This document shows, piece by piece, positions 8,807 through 20,335 of a stretch of DNA of 64,000 nucleotides (position 1 is the first letter of the stretch; every line of letters starts with the position of its first letter). Under the pieces are notes generated by a model. It worked only from the letters and a program-made list of their open reading frames with translations. It ran no database searches and had not been told where the DNA came from. Location: contig CAVOKM010000007.1 of NCBI GenBank assembly GCA_963696515.1, forward strand, positions 2,541 through 66,540, written 5' to 3'. A program made the translations under genes and the position numbers. This stretch comes from an uncultured Gammaproteobacteria bacterium (GTDB lineage Bacteria > Pseudomonadota > Gammaproteobacteria > Competibacterales > Competibacteraceae).

Positions 8807-11309
8807 TTGTTCCGGCGGGTGTTGCGAAAGCAAAGGCATCAAACTCAATTGCGTAATATTACCCTCCCGGAACTCTTTGACCGTACTAGGCAGGCACTGC
8901 TGGCGAGAGCAGAGGGCGTTTTTTGCTTTCGAAAATGGGTACTGCCAAACGCGGATAAGTTTTTTATAGATGGTGCTCATCGCCTCGTAGCATTCGCCCG
9001 GCTTTCCGACCTCCTGCCGTTAGGCCCCGTGTCGGAAACGCCGGGCGATTCCGTTTTTGCCGAGTGCTGTCTGCAAGACGAGCTTTGTCGCGATGCGGAT
9101 CAGGCTCTCGAAGGCAATTTCAGCCTGTTGGGGTTCGAGCGATTGGAATTCGGATACCCGATCAACTGGCACCTCGATCCGATCAAGCGGTCGTAAAATC
9201 CCGCTAGCGCCATGGAAGCGGCTGGATTCGTTGGATCCGTCCGTGACGGGTGACAAGAAGGTAGTTTGGGAAGTCAACCGACATCAGTATCTGCTGACGT
9301 TAGGGCGCGCTTTTCTGCGCACCGGCAATCAGCGCTACGCTGTGGCTATCGGGGAACATATTGCTTCATGGATTCGTGAGAATCCTGCCGGATTGGGGAT
9401 CAACTGGGTTAGCAGCCTCGAAGTCGCGTTTCGATGCATAAGCTGGCTCTGGGCGATTGCGCTGGTCCGAGCCTGGACAAGATGGTCAGTCGCTGCCTTT
9501 GTTGGACATCGAACGATCCCTGTACCTCCACGGCTGCCATATCGAAAAATACCTGTCGACATACTCCAGCCCCAACACCCATCTGACGGGTGAAGCCCTC
9601 GGCCTCTACTACCTCGGCACCTGTCTGCCCGAACTGAAGCGCGCCGAACGATGGCGCAACCTCGGTCGATCGATCTTGCTCGAACAACTCGAAATACACG
9701 TCCGACCCGATGGCGTTTATTTCGAGCAGTCCACTTGGTATCACCGCTACACGGCCGACTTCTACCTGCATTTCATCCTGCTGGCCGAGCGTGCTGGTGA
9801 TCCTCTACCGACACACGTCCAGCGAGCGCCTCGCCGCGCTCTTGGATCACCTAATGTGGATCACGAGACCCGACGGGACGTCGCCCTATATCGGAGATGA
9901 CGATGGCGGCAAACTCGTGAAACTGGAAGATCGCGCGCCTAACGACTGGCGAGCCGTCTTGTCCAACGGCGCGGTCATGTTTGGGCGCGGCGACTACAAG
10001 CACGTTGCCGGCGAATTTGCCGAAGAGACCTATTGGCTTTTTGGGCCAGATGCGAGGGAGAAGTTTGAGCGCATCCCCGCCAGACCGCCCACCTTGACCT
10101 CGCGCGCCTTCGTCGATGGTGGTTTCTACGTGATGCGCGAGCGGGTGGTGTCCGGATTCGAACTATCTGCTCATTGATTGCGGTCCCCACGGCGTCATGA
10201 ACTGCGGCCATGCGCATGCGGATGCACTTGCTATTGAGGTGGCTGCCCTGGGTGCGACGGTCCTTGTCGATCCGGGAACATTCACGTACACGGGTTCGGC
10301 TGAGTTGCGGGATTTGTTCCGGTCTACAGCCATGCACAATACCCTCACCATCGACGGTCTCTCATCGTCGGTCCCGGCTGGACCTTTCAAGTGGAAACAT
10401 GTCGCCGAATGCACCCTGCATTGCTGGCACGATCATCCGGGATTCACTTTCTTTGAGGGTAGCCATGATGGGTACAAGCGGTTGCCGGATCCGGCAACCC
10501 ACACGCGGACCGTACTGTTCGTGGGTCGAGAATACTGGTTCATGCTTGATCGCGTGGATGCCAAGGCGAACATGAGTATGCGGTACACTTCCACATAGCT
10601 CCAAACATCGAGACGATCCTAAGCACCAGGAGACTGGTCGCTTGTCGGCGCATTGCTGCGTTCGGCAACATTGGATTTGGTCTATCTTGAGGATCACGGC
10701 GCTTGGCATTGTGATGAGGGCTGGTTTCGCCATGCTATGCTGCCAAAATGCCTGCTCCGCATGGAATATATTCAGTGCGGGCGAAGGGGCCGGTGGCGCT
10801 GCTTTCGGTTCTATTTCCGAGGGTTCCGGATCAGCTACCGCCGGAAATCCGGAACCTCGACTCAAAACAAGGGAAAGGGTTTGAGCCTCGACGACGACGA
10901 ACCATCACGATCTTGTTGTTTGGTCGGGGGAGGCCGTTCCTGAAGAGGGCTTCTCCAGAAACTGATTTCGAGTGGGTATGGATGCGCCGCGCCTTGATTG
11001 ATCATGGCGCTCTAGAACGTGCCGTTTTTCTTCACGGGACAACGATTTCTCGCTTCGGATCTTGAGATAGCTGCAGAACGTCCGCTTGAGTTCGTTTCAG
11101 TTTCAGTGAAAGAAGGGGTGCTCTCGATCGATCTGATGCCTCTGCCGGGATCAGGGTCCGGCCACCGCCGGCAGTCGGCCGTATCGTCGTCAATGGCCGA
11201 AATGCATTCTGTGGTTTCTGCCGAAGCGCTCGCGCTCTCTGCGGATGATGTGCCGGCCTTGACGGTATTGCGGGACCAGACGGAGCGTTGCAAACATGTG
11301 CGGCATTAG
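8807..11309 (+). pseudogene. Heparinase II/III-family protein, multiply frameshifted (possibly assembly errors)
   Basis: Consecutive fragments: DKKVVWEVNRHQ, NWVSSLEVAFR, SPNTHLTGEA, EQSTWYHRY, IGDDDGG, GHAHADAL, VDPGTFTY, RSTAMHNT. Confidence 0.85.
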
Positions 11310-13195
11310 CGGTATCGCCCTCTCCCGCCGACGTGGCTACGATGTGAACGAGGCGATCCTCGTCCGCATGCGGGATATCCTGCGGCACCGTGGTCCGGAC
11401 GACGCGGGCCTTTTCATCGAAGGCCCTGTCGGTCTCGCGCATCGCCGCCTCAGCATCGTCGATGTGGCTTCGGGCCATCAGCCCATGTCCAACGAGGACG
11501 GATCGCTTCAGATCGTCTTCAATGGGGAGATCTACAACCACGCCGATCATCGACCCGGCCTTGAGGCGCGGGGCCACGTATTCGCGACGCGCTCCGACAC
11601 GGAGACGATCCTGCATCTGTACGAGGAGTATGGCGACCGCTGCGTCGACCACCTCAGGGGCATGTTTGCGTTCGCCATCTGGAATCGGCGCACGAAGGAG
11701 CTGTTCATCGCGCGTGATCGTCTCGGCGTGAAACCGCTCTATTACGTTCACACCGACGATGGGTCGCTTTTTTTCGCCTCGGAGATCAAGGCGCTTCTGG
11801 CCGCCAACGCGCTCCGCCCGGAACTCAACCTCGCCGCGCTGCCCGATTACCTGGCCAACCGCGCCACCTGCGACGACACGACATTGTTTGCCGGGGTGCG
11901 ACGACTTCCGCCGGGGCACACGCTGCTGTGGAAAGATGGGAAGGTCGATATCGAATGCTACTGGGATGTTCATCCTGGAGACGCAGTTGAAAACCATCCA
12001 CGGTCTGCCGACCGAATACGTCGACGAGTGGCGGGAACTGTTCCAAACCTCCGTGAAGCTCCGGCTAATGTCGGACGTGCCGCTTGGTATGTTTCTTTCG
12101 GGCGGCATCGATTCATCGGCCATCGCCGCTGTCATGAGCCAGATGGTCGCGGAGCCGATCAAGACGTTCTCCGTGGCCTTCAATGTTCCCGAGGCCAACG
12201 AGCTGGATTACGCGCGGCTGGTGGCGCGGGCTTTCCGCACCGATCATCACGAGATCATGGTTGAACCATGCTGATTTCGCGGCGGCCCTCCCTCATCTGA
12301 TCTGGCACGAGGACGAACCGCTCGCTCACTCGGCCAGCGTCGCCCTCTACTTCGTGTCGCAGCTCGCACAGCGATACGTGAAGGTGGTTCTGACGGGTGA
12401 GGGAAGCGACGAGCTCCTTGCGGGTTATTACCGCTATCGGACAACGCTGCTCAACCTTTCCGCAGGGCGGATCTACCATCGATTCTCGACGGATGGCATC
12501 CGGCGCTTCGTCCGTGGTCGCGGCATCCGGCCTCGCGCCTGATTCACTCCGACGCAAGCTGCCACGGACGTTCCTGTGGCGCCCACCCGATGTGGATGCC
12601 TTGTACTTTGACAATTTCGCGGTGTTCCCGCGCCACATGCAGCGGGATCTGTTTTCGAGGGATTTCTGGGAGCAGATCGAGCACGTAAACCCTTACGCCG
12701 GCATGCGCCGCTACTTCGACGCTTACCCATCGGCGACCCTGCTGCAGCGGCTGCTGTATGCGGACTTAAAGACCTACCTGCACGAACTGCTGATGAAGCA
12801 GGACCAGATGAGCATGGCGGCATCGATTGAAAGCCGGGTGCCGTTCCTGGACCACAAGCTGGTCGAGTTTTCAACGGCGCTGCCGGACCGACTGAAGCTC
12901 CACGGTTGGACCACCAAGTACGTGCTCCGCGAAGCGATGAAGGGCCTGCTCCCGGAGACGATCCTCAAGAGGCCCAAGATGGGATTCCCCGTTCCGCTCG
13001 GGCGCTGGTTCCGTGGGGCTTTCCGTCCGCTGCTGGATGAGTTCGTTGTCGGCGAACGTACGGTCGCGCGCGGTCTCTTCCAGCCTGATTTCTTACAGCG
13101 ACTCGTGCAGGAACACTCGATGCGGCACTGCCGATCATACGGAGCGGCTGTGGACGCTGCTTAACTTCGAGATGTGGCAACGTCATTTTCCTTGA
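11296..13195 (+). CDS. asnB: Asparagine synthase (glutamine-hydrolysing) family amidotransferase, frameshifted
   Basis: MCGISG, HRGPD, HRRLSIVD, FNGEIYN, LSGGIDSS, TGEGSDEL, ESRVPFLD, KMGF spread over several frames. Confidence 0.9.
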
Positions 13196-13347
13196 TGGTG
13201 AGTCTCCGCAGGGCACCCTCCCGCAAGTTGCGGAGGCAACGGTCAGGAGGTGATTTATGTCGGAATGCGCCGGTCCATCCTTGAAGCTTTTGAATTCGAG
13301 CTTGCCCGTTACCGAATAAAATCGGAAATGGGTGACAGCTCATTGCA

Positions 13348-14796
13348 TCACCGATCTTTGCAGCAATCGTCGAGCAAGGAAGAATAACGTGCTCCAAGCC
13401 TGTCCCAACTATACTCGTCACGAGCACTAGGATAGTTTGGCAGTTGTCGGGTCGACACCTCTTCCTTTTGAAGAAATTCCCTATACCAAGAGGTGATCGC
13501 GTCTTTGGCACCATCTCCATCGTCCGGGGCAACCACCCGCCCTAGACCAACGCGTCGTATAAGATCTGCAGTTACCCCCTCTTCTATAATTGCCAGAATA
13601 GGCTTCCCAGCAGCGATATATTCGTAAACCTTGGCTGGGATTGAATGACGGTCCGTTCCTGCCCCTCCCAGCAAAACCAGCATGCTAGAACGGAGAGTCT
13701 CCCTCAAAGCTTCGGGTCTCGGAACAAAGCCGACAATCTCGACAACGCCGTTAAGCCCACTTTCGGCGATCAGCTCCGCCACGGATCTGCCGCCCGCATG
13801 TTGGCTAGGGCCAACGAACCTGACGGCTATGTTCTGCCTCTCAATCCTTCCCTCCGCAATCAGTTCTGCAACGGCTCGTAGTAGAACAAGAGGGGTACGG
13901 GAATAATCAAAGCAGCCGACGTAGCTGAGAGTGAAAACGTCCGGCTGTTCTACAGAACCCAGAGCTGCGAACTCATCTAAGTCATAGCCGTTGGTAATCG
14001 TAGCCCACTTGTCGTCACCCACATCTGGATACAATTCCCGATACCGATCCGTTATTATGGGTGTCACGCATACAATTCTGTCGGCAGATTGCATAACCCT
14101 CTTCTCGAGGGCCAGGTTTATACGGTCAGATGTTGTGCTGATTATGTCGGCAGGCAGACCCTCACGCCACGACCAAGGATCTCGAAAATCTACTATCCAT
14201 TTCGTGCCACGGATTTTCTTCAAAACCAAGCCTACTAAATGGGATGTGAAAGGAGGTCCCGTGCTGATTACGCACTCTGGTCTATAGCGAGTCACAACTC
14301 GAAGGGACGCGTAGAGGGCAAAGGGGAACCACCCTAGGAATTCATCCGGCGTATAGAACAAGGAGAGCAAGGCCCGCTTTAGCGGGCCGGAGACAGGTCG
14401 TGCAAGATCGTGTCTTTCGTTTGAGGGTATCTTATCGGCCTGTGCTACGGGAGGGTTGATAGCCAGTCGACGAATCTTTGCTAACAGATTCTTTACCCAT
14501 AGGTACCCTTGGCGAGGATTTGGTAGGCAGCGCGTCCGAATGACGAGAGCCGAATCAGTACCAGCTACACCGGCAGGATTCTGGAGTTCGTAATAATGTT
14601 CCCGAACAGTGACAATAATAGGTTGCCATCCCAAGCGAGCCAGTTGCCGGGCCAGATAGACGGGGCGCACTGCGCCCACGTTCGCATCTGGCGGCCAACT
14701 ATGTGCCAATATCAGAACGGAGCGCAAGGTAATGGAATCTCTGATTTGGCTAGATATGTGTCTTGCTTGACTCGGCAATTTGAAGGTCATAAGCAC
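13348..14796 (-). CDS. GT4 glycosyltransferase
   Basis: ISTGPPF, DFRDPW, ITNGYD, IPAKVYEYIAAGKPILA; start uncertain. Confidence 0.85.
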   Translation of the reverse strand: MLMTFKLPSQARHISSQIRDSITLRSVLILAHSWPPDANVGAVRPVYLARQLARLGWQPIIVTVREHYYELQNPAGVAGTDSALVIRTRCLPNPRQGYLWVKNLLAKIRRLAINPPVAQADKIPSNERHDLARPVSGPLKRALLSLFYTPDEFLGWFPFALYASLRVVTRYRPECVISTGPPFTSHLVGLVLKKIRGTKWIVDFRDPWSWREGLPADIISTTSDRINLALEKRVMQSADRIVCVTPIITDRYRELYPDVGDDKWATITNGYDLDEFAALGSVEQPDVFTLSYVGCFDYSRTPLVLLRAVAELIAEGRIERQNIAVRFVGPSQHAGGRSVAELIAESGLNGVVEIVGFVPRPEALRETLRSSMLVLLGGAGTDRHSIPAKVYEYIAAGKPILAIIEEGVTADLIRRVGLGRVVAPDDGDGAKDAITSWYREFLQKEEVSTRQLPNYPSARDEYSWDRLGARYSSLLDDCCKDR

Positions 14797-14872
14797 CTAG
14801 TTTTGCTTGCATGGAATGAATTATAGTGTTGCCAATTATGATCTATACATTGCTAATAGTGTAGATTGATTT

Positions 14873-15006
14873 GGGCGTAACCAGTCGAGCGCTCAGGCTT
14901 TAAAAACAACAGGTTACGAAGGCCAATAAACGCCAAATTCCGGGACTCAAAATGCTCACCTTATTATTTTTCAACAAGTTAGGGGCGCGCTCGACTGGTT
15001 ACGCCC
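14873..15006. mobile_element. 134-bp MITE, copy 2 (inverted relative to copy 1)
   Basis: Same 20-bp TIR as 2709-2842; 9-bp TSD GATTGATTT at 14864-14872 and 15007-15015. Confidence 0.9.
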
Positions 15007-15030
15007 GATTGATTTAGTGGTTAAAAATTA

Positions 15031-15438
15031 TAGGGGTATTCCCTTGGCTCCAGTGGCCACTATATGTAGTATCCTGAAGCATGGAGGAATATCCGAAAAC
15101 CCTGGCAGAGTTTGAACGCGAATTGGCTACCGAAGAGGCGTGTGCGCACTATCTTTCCTTCTGAAAATATTCCTTTGATAGCAGGGGTCCGTCGCATGAA
15201 CCAGGCCATAGCTAGTTATTTAAGCATTTGTTTTATCGATTAATTCGCTACGTGCTCACCCAGCTTTCGGCTCGGGTTACAGGAAATTTTACAGCAGAAA
15301 CTCTTTATCTACGGCTTATGCAGCAAGCCGTAGCATTTGAGCCTGTCCTCCCGCACGCTGCGTTGATCAAACAGGTGAGAGGGCAAAACCTAAGAACCAC
15401 AAGATATAGTAGTTACTGGAGTCAAGGGAATACCCCTA
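15031..15438 (+). mobile_element. Internally deleted IS1595-family element
   Basis: TIR TAGGGGTATTCCCTTG(G/A)CTCCAGT; 8-bp TSD AAAAATTA; retains transposase N-terminus MEEYPKTLAEFERELATEEACAHYL and C-terminus RLMQQAVAFEP. Confidence 0.8.
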
Positions 15439-15564
15439 AAAAATTATAAAGTTAGCATTAAAATAATGTACTGAACTGAATTAGGAAGACTATAGTACCA
15501 CTGGTTAACAGCCTTATTAGAATACGCTGCAAGCGTCTTAGCGGCAACAAGTTTATATGCCGTC

Positions 15565-15613
15565 AAAAAAACCGTCAAATACCACTCGTATTGTCTGGGG
15601 TATTTGACGGTTT
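15565..15613 (-). terminator. Probable intrinsic terminator
   Basis: 15-bp inverted repeat AAACCGTCAAATACC/GGTATTTGACGGTTT running into a T-tract on the minus strand, downstream of the 15734 stop. Confidence 0.55.
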
Positions 15614-15733
15614 CGTGGGACATTGAGTGCTTGAGCAAGCCGTGGGGCATCTACCTAAGCAGTACGGTAGGCACCATAATAATTACGAGCTATGCTCATA
15701 GTGTCATCCATCCAAGTGATACCCATGCCTATG

Positions 15734-17359
15734 TTACTGAACAATTTTTAGGGATTGGGGAGCCGCAAGACTATTGCTCCCTCCACCCCCTCCACCACTA
15801 GAAGCTGCGGCAATCGCATCAATATCCGCACCAAGATCCTTACCATCAGTTCCTGCTTTCTTGTAAGGGCTCGAAGCAGACAGGCGATAATCTTCTCCTG
15901 AATAGTTTACAAACCCTACTGTACCAGCATCCACCGGGAAAAAGTTATTGGCGGGATAATATGTCGAGGCCCCACCGATAATGGCATTTTTAACAAATTG
16001 CCAATTAGAATAGTAGGTACTCAGAGTGTTAATTGCATTTCCTGAACCAGTTCCCGTAAAACCATAACTAGCTTCTGTAACAATATTATTACGAAAATCG
16101 AATTGATCTACTTTGGGACTGTTTTCAGAAAATCCGAATGCTGAAGTACAAAATCCGGTATTGTGATCGATGGTGACATCTGTCGGACCCTTTAAAATTT
16201 GGAGCAGGCGGCCCCCAGAACTGCCAAGATTAGTCACGCTAATAACATTATTTTGAACCAAAAGACGCTTTGTTCTTTGGCTTGGGTGAATATTATCTTC
16301 GGCAGATATACTTATTCCTTGACCTAAATTTTTAAAGATATTGAGTCTAATAGTAATGTCTTGCGTAATGCACCACGGGCAACCGCCATTCTCATTACGC
16401 GGAGTCACCAGCAACGAAAATCCATTTTGCGCTGCGGCCCAGTTATTCTCAAAGCGGTTCCCCTCAACTAAAATACGCTGCGCGTTCTTAAATTCGAGGA
16501 GATTCTTTACTGACCATGAGGAACCCCGCCATGTAAGTGGTTTGAAAAAATGATTGCGTCGAATTTCGATATCGGAAGGAACGACGTTTGATATTGCTGG
16601 ATCAGCTCCACCGAACATCACGTTTTCACCCGCCGCCTCAAGATAGTTATTGACTATCTTGAGAGGTCCCGGAGTGCTATGCGCCCATAGGGCTTGAGTA
16701 TCAGCGCCACTTTCTTTGAAATCAGAAACGTAAGAATCAATAACAGAAATATAAGTACCATCCATCGCGACACCGCGCCGACCCCCGACAGAAGGGTCAC
16801 CATGAATGTAGCAGCGATCAAAGACGATATTGTTGGGAAGTGTTCCAGTAGATGCCTCCCTATTGCCAATGTTAATCAGGTTGTAGATAAAATTACCTAC
16901 CACCGGCTTAAATTCAATCCCGACAAACCGGTAATGGTGCGAGTTGGCCACGGTTGTGACAGTGGTTCCGCCGCTGGCTGTTGCGACGATCTTTGGCATA
17001 TTAGCGGCATCGGATGGGCCGACCCGACTGCCAGGAGTGGGAAGGCTGGAATGGTTGCTCGAACGGATGTAAATCCAGCCTGAACCCGACGTTTTGTTCG
17101 GCAACGTAAACGGACCTGTATATGTCGTCCCCGCCTGCAAGACAATCGTGCTGTTGAGCGCGGCATTATTCAGGCACGTTTGAAAGGCGGAACTGTTGGC
17201 GGCCGTACAGGTGGCGCCGGTCGGTGCGGAATAGGTTGTATCAATATAGACTTGTGGAAGCGTCGGTAACGTCGCCGCAATGCCTGATATCGGCCAAAAG
17301 GACAGCGACGCAACACCCAATAGGGAGGAAATAAGGAAGCCTTTGAACTGAATTGCCAT
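15734..17359 (-). CDS. Secreted right-handed beta-helix protein
   Basis: Signal-peptide-like N-terminus from ATG 17359; Asn-rich repeats (IVNNYLEA, IRRNHF, VEGNRFENNW, IDHNT); DGKDLGAD motif; Gly linker and LAAPQSLKIVQ tail. Confidence 0.75.
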   Translation of the reverse strand: MAIQFKGFLISSLLGVASLSFWPISGIAATLPTLPQVYIDTTYSAPTGATCTAANSSAFQTCLNNAALNSTIVLQAGTTYTGPFTLPNKTSGSGWIYIRSSNHSSLPTPGSRVGPSDAANMPKIVATASGGTTVTTVANSHHYRFVGIEFKPVVGNFIYNLINIGNREASTGTLPNNIVFDRCYIHGDPSVGGRRGVAMDGTYISVIDSYVSDFKESGADTQALWAHSTPGPLKIVNNYLEAAGENVMFGGADPAISNVVPSDIEIRRNHFFKPLTWRGSSWSVKNLLEFKNAQRILVEGNRFENNWAAAQNGFSLLVTPRNENGGCPWCITQDITIRLNIFKNLGQGISISAEDNIHPSQRTKRLLVQNNVISVTNLGSSGGRLLQILKGPTDVTIDHNTGFCTSAFGFSENSPKVDQFDFRNNIVTEASYGFTGTGSGNAINTLSTYYSNWQFVKNAIIGGASTYYPANNFFPVDAGTVGFVNYSGEDYRLSASSPYKKAGTDGKDLGADIDAIAAASSGGGGGGSNSLAAPQSLKIVQ

Positions 17360-17474
17360 AGGTGTATCCAGGCGGCTTGTGGTTTTCCAGCTTGAGAGAT
17401 AGGTATATTCAGTGTTCATAGTATTACACCTTTTCGATTTGATCCAGCATCACCGGTTTTGATACGGCGCTTTA

Positions 17475-17498
17475 GGCCACCGCCTTTGGGCGGTGGCC
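17475..17498. other. Intergenic GC-rich hairpin
   Basis: GGCCACCGCC-TTTG-GGCGGTGGCC with no U-tract. Confidence 0.55.
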
Positions 17499-17514
17499 GT
17501 TCGTCAAAGTTTGA

Positions 17515-19724
17515 TTAATACCCCGCCCCGTGTCCCGACAGCGGACCGTTGGCGGAGACCGTACCGGTCGACCAGGTGCTCGGCAACCTGGTCAGCGCGG
17601 TGCTGCTAGTCTCGCTGGGTTGCGCGATGCTGCCCACCTTATCGCGGAACTTGAGCGCGCCGCTCGTGCTGAGAATCGCGGTCCAATACTTCGTGCCGGC
17701 ATTGACCTTGGTCGCGGGCAGAAGCACCGTATTCCAGCTTCCCGCCTTGGGCGAACTCAAGGTTGCCGTGGCCAGCCGAGCGCCCGGACGGCCGTTGCTG
17801 TCAGCGTAGAGGCCCACAATCAGATTGGTGGAAGCCGAACCCGTATCCACGTACACGGGAAGGCTGGTGATCTGCCCGGTGACCGAAGCCGTGGTCTGGA
17901 ATGCCGCCGCCGTGCCCTGCTGGAGGGAATCGGACACCGAACCGATCACCTGCTCGCCCAGCAACCGCTTGGGCGGCGAGGAGGTCGCGACCGCCGCGTT
18001 CATGTCGGTCTTGATTTCGGTGGCGCTCAAGGCCCGGTTGTAGATGCGGATCTCATCCAGGGAGCCGTTGGTCGGTTGGTTCCCGATGTGGTCGAGGCCG
18101 ATACGTAAGGGGTTCCCTTTGGCTTGGATGCTAAACGTGCCAGGGGTGGTGAACTTGAGCACGCCATCCACATATCCTTTCACATTGGCGCCGTCATAGG
18201 TGAAGGCGATGTGGGTCCAGACTCCTAATGGAGCGGACATATTGTACGTTTTGGAAGAGCCGCTGGTATCACCCAGATAAAGGGTGAACATCTGACTGCT
18301 GGCGGTGAACTCGACACCGTACTGATAATACGGAGCGGGAAACGAGGTGGCATTCCATGGCTTGTCGATGAGGACCTGGTCGCTGCCGGTATTGGTTATC
18401 TTCGCGAAGAAGGAGAGGGCCAGACCAGTGCCGCCGATGTCCAAGGAAGAGGAGTTCGGAACCGTAAGGTACTTCGTGCCCCCAAAAGTCAGCGCGTTGT
18501 CAAACTTGCCGCTGGTCCTGCTGGTCTGCGTGGTGCCAGAGATCATGCCGTGATTGCCCTTGCCGGAGGCATCGACCACGGTCGCGCCGCTGGCTTCCGC
18601 AAAGTTGTAGGCAGCCACCGGTCCACTACCCGCCGCGCTGGGCGCAGAAACCGTGATGCTGCCGGTCTTGGTGCTGGGCGTGGTGCCACTGGCGCCGGTG
18701 GCGGTCAGCGTCACGGTGTAAGTGCCCGGCGTTGGCATAGGTGTGCGAAGGGTTCTGCGCGGTGCTGGTGGTGCCGTCGCCGAAGTTCCAAGCTATAGCT
18801 GACGATGGTGCCGGTCGAGGTATTGCTGAACGTCACCGGCAGGGGAGCCGTTCCGGAGGTGGAACTCGCAGTGAAATTGGCCACCGGCGCCGTGGCGGTC
18901 GCCGAAATAGTCTTGCTCGTCGTGCTGCTGCCGCCTGAATTGCTGACGTTTAGCTTCACGTTGTAGCTGCCCGCCGAGTTGTAGGTTTTCGCGACGCTCT
19001 TAGCGGTGCTGGTGGTACCGTCGCCCAAATCCCAGGAACGGCTTGAAACAGTGCTGGTCGTGGTATCGGTCAAGGTCACCAACAACGGCGCCGTCCCGGA
19101 GACGGGGGTAGCGGTGAAACTGGCCACCGGCGCCGTCGCCGAGGGGGCGTTCACCGTAATGGTCGGTTGGTCGCCGGTGTTGCTGCCGCCCGGCCCGGTG
19201 ACCGCGAGCGTGACGGTGTAGGTGCCAGCGCTCGAATAAGTCTTGGAAGGGCTTTTGGGCGGTGCTGGTGGTGCCGTCGCCGAAGTTCCAGGACCAGGCC
19301 GGTCGCGGTGCCCGTCGAACCGTTGGTGAATTGCACCGCTCAGGACGTGGCAACCGTCGTTTTGCTCGCGCTGAAACTTGGCGATCGGATTATTGGTCTC
19401 GTTGGTGTAGCTGACTTTCTTGGAAGCCGCTGCTTCCTGGCGCTACCGCATAAGCCTTGACCGCGAAATAATAAGTGACTCCGTCGGGGATGGTTAGGCG
19501 GCGTATGAGTCGTATTGGCTCCGGCATCCACGTTTGATGGAGTAGCTTCCACTGGCCGTCCCGTAGTAGACGCGATAGCCAGTTGCGCCGGTACTCGCAT
19601 TCCAGGCCAGATTGATTGTGGCAGCCTGGGCCGTCGCCACCGAGATCAAAAAAAAGACCGCCAACATCGCCACCGAATAAACGGCTTTGGCTAGGTTAAG
19701 CGGTTGCAGGGTATTGACAAACAT
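17515..19724 (-). CDS. Secreted FN3 + 3x PKD + LamG-domain protein (adhesin/matrix-like), frameshifted
   Basis: GGAGG RBS; signal peptide ending AQA; LAWNASTGATGYRVYYG; repeated W(N/D)(F/L)GDGTTST; WTHIAFTYDG and GSLDEIRIYNRALS. Confidence 0.82.
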
Positions 19725-19805
19725 TCAAAACCTCCCAAAATTCGTGGTGCCCTGCGAAAGGCACAGCACGGGGGAGGTCACAAACATCCCGAGGCACTGT
19801 GTTCG

Positions 19806-19897
19806 CCTGGCGGTTCAGCAACCATATCTCGCACTAAATAACGAGAATTAGGCCGGAAACTTTGCAGTCGCCACTTTTCAGTGACTTTGCCTTTATT
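19806..19897 (-). ncRNA. c-di-GMP-I (GEMM-I) riboswitch
   Basis: Minus strand AAAGGCAAA-GTCACT-GAAA-AGTGGC-GAC(T)GCAAAG-TTTCCGGCCTAA...TATGGTTGCTGAACCGCC: GAAA tetraloop with CTAA/TATGG receptor, in the 5' UTR of the PKD gene. Confidence 0.8.
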
Positions 19898-20021
19898 CAG
19901 ACGCTTGACAGATCTTTAAACTATGATCGCCCTCTTGATGAAATTCGGACATTGCGATACCGGTCATTGAAAAATTTAAGGCCTGCTCGTTGGGGCATGG
20001 CCTGTTCTGGAGTCGGTTTAG

Positions 20022-20037
20022 AGCAAGATGCGGGCCA
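20022..20037 (-). promoter_or_regulatory. Sigma54 (-24/-12) promoter
   Basis: Minus strand TGGCCCGCATCTTGCT (GG-N10-GC); IHF-like AATCAA-TAAA-TTA at 20138-20150 in the AT-rich upstream region. Confidence 0.6.
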
Positions 20038-20335
20038 GAATGAACCAGCGATTCCCGGTTGATTTTTATTAAATGTTTGATTTAAAAAGATATTTTTTCA
20101 AGATCGCGCCATAATCGTCGCTAAAAAAATCATTATAAATCAATAAATTATAACATGTTGATTTTTGTGACAAAAATGACGATAAGGGTCACTGACTGAC
20201 AATATAACGCTGATAAGTGCTAATTTTTGTCATGTGTAATGTATAAACTACAACACTGTTAAAAGCGATTGCTGCGATACCTCTGGTTAGTACTTATGCG
20301 ACGTTGAAGCACTGTATAACAGCCAAACTGTCATC

